A stretch of DNA of 64,000 nt, from the NCBI GenBank assembly GCA_051294375.1, contig CM119264.1, forward strand, positions 1,409,923 through 1,473,922, read 5' to 3'. Position numbers and translations under genes: made by a program. The notes below the pieces were generated by a model. The model saw nothing but the letters and a program-made list of their open reading frames with translations. It was not told where the DNA came from and did not search any database. Shown here piece after piece: positions 63,781-64,000 of this stretch (position 1 is the stretch's first letter; every line of letters starts with the position of its first letter). Source of the DNA: Paraspadella gotoi (taxonomy: Eukaryota > Animalia > Chaetognatha).

Positions 63781-64000
63781 TCTTCAATTCTTTCGTTTAT
63801 TTTTTTCCTTTTTTTTTTTTGCGACGGGGGACTCAATGTTGTACCAAAGTCATAAAAAAATTTTGGATATTAATAAAAATAGTTTNNNNNNNNNNNNNNN
63901 NNNNNNNNNNAAAGTTAAGCAAAAAATGTTTTTACATTTTTGTAAATTTTGATGTTTTATTACTGAAAACTATCGAAAAATGCTAAAATCATCGGATGAT

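Overview
Repeat-rich, intron-containing animal (probably invertebrate) genomic DNA, dominated by (AG)n, (AAAG)n and (TCG)n microsatellites that generate most of the ORFs in the track. Three protein-coding genes are well supported. (1) A multi-exon DUF229-family (alkaline-phosphatase-like fold) gene, + strand, ~16.78-23.0 kb, with several single-base frameshifts. (2) A 4-exon PDZD4/PDZRN3-4 (Slip1)-like gene, + strand, 45.86-51.39 kb. (3) An uninterrupted 800-aa XK-related multi-pass membrane ORF, - strand, 55.25-57.65 kb. There is also a variant tRNA-Asp(GTC). Mobile DNA includes a 2.3-kb non-autonomous element with CACAATG termini that is present in only one of two copies of a duplicated block, Helentron/DINE-1-like non-autonomous elements (one complete, one tandem dimer), a MITE, SINE-like repeats, many minisatellites and a telomere-like array. 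Much of 1-41 kb shows signs of noisy long-read gap filling (25-N gaps, indel-ridden duplicates, an inverted duplicate), so duplications and frameshifts there may be artefacts. I see no unambiguous new multi-gene system. The best leads are the extended XK-like protein, the presence/absence TIR element, a minisatellite that reiterates a splice donor, and motif clusters around the PDZ gene.
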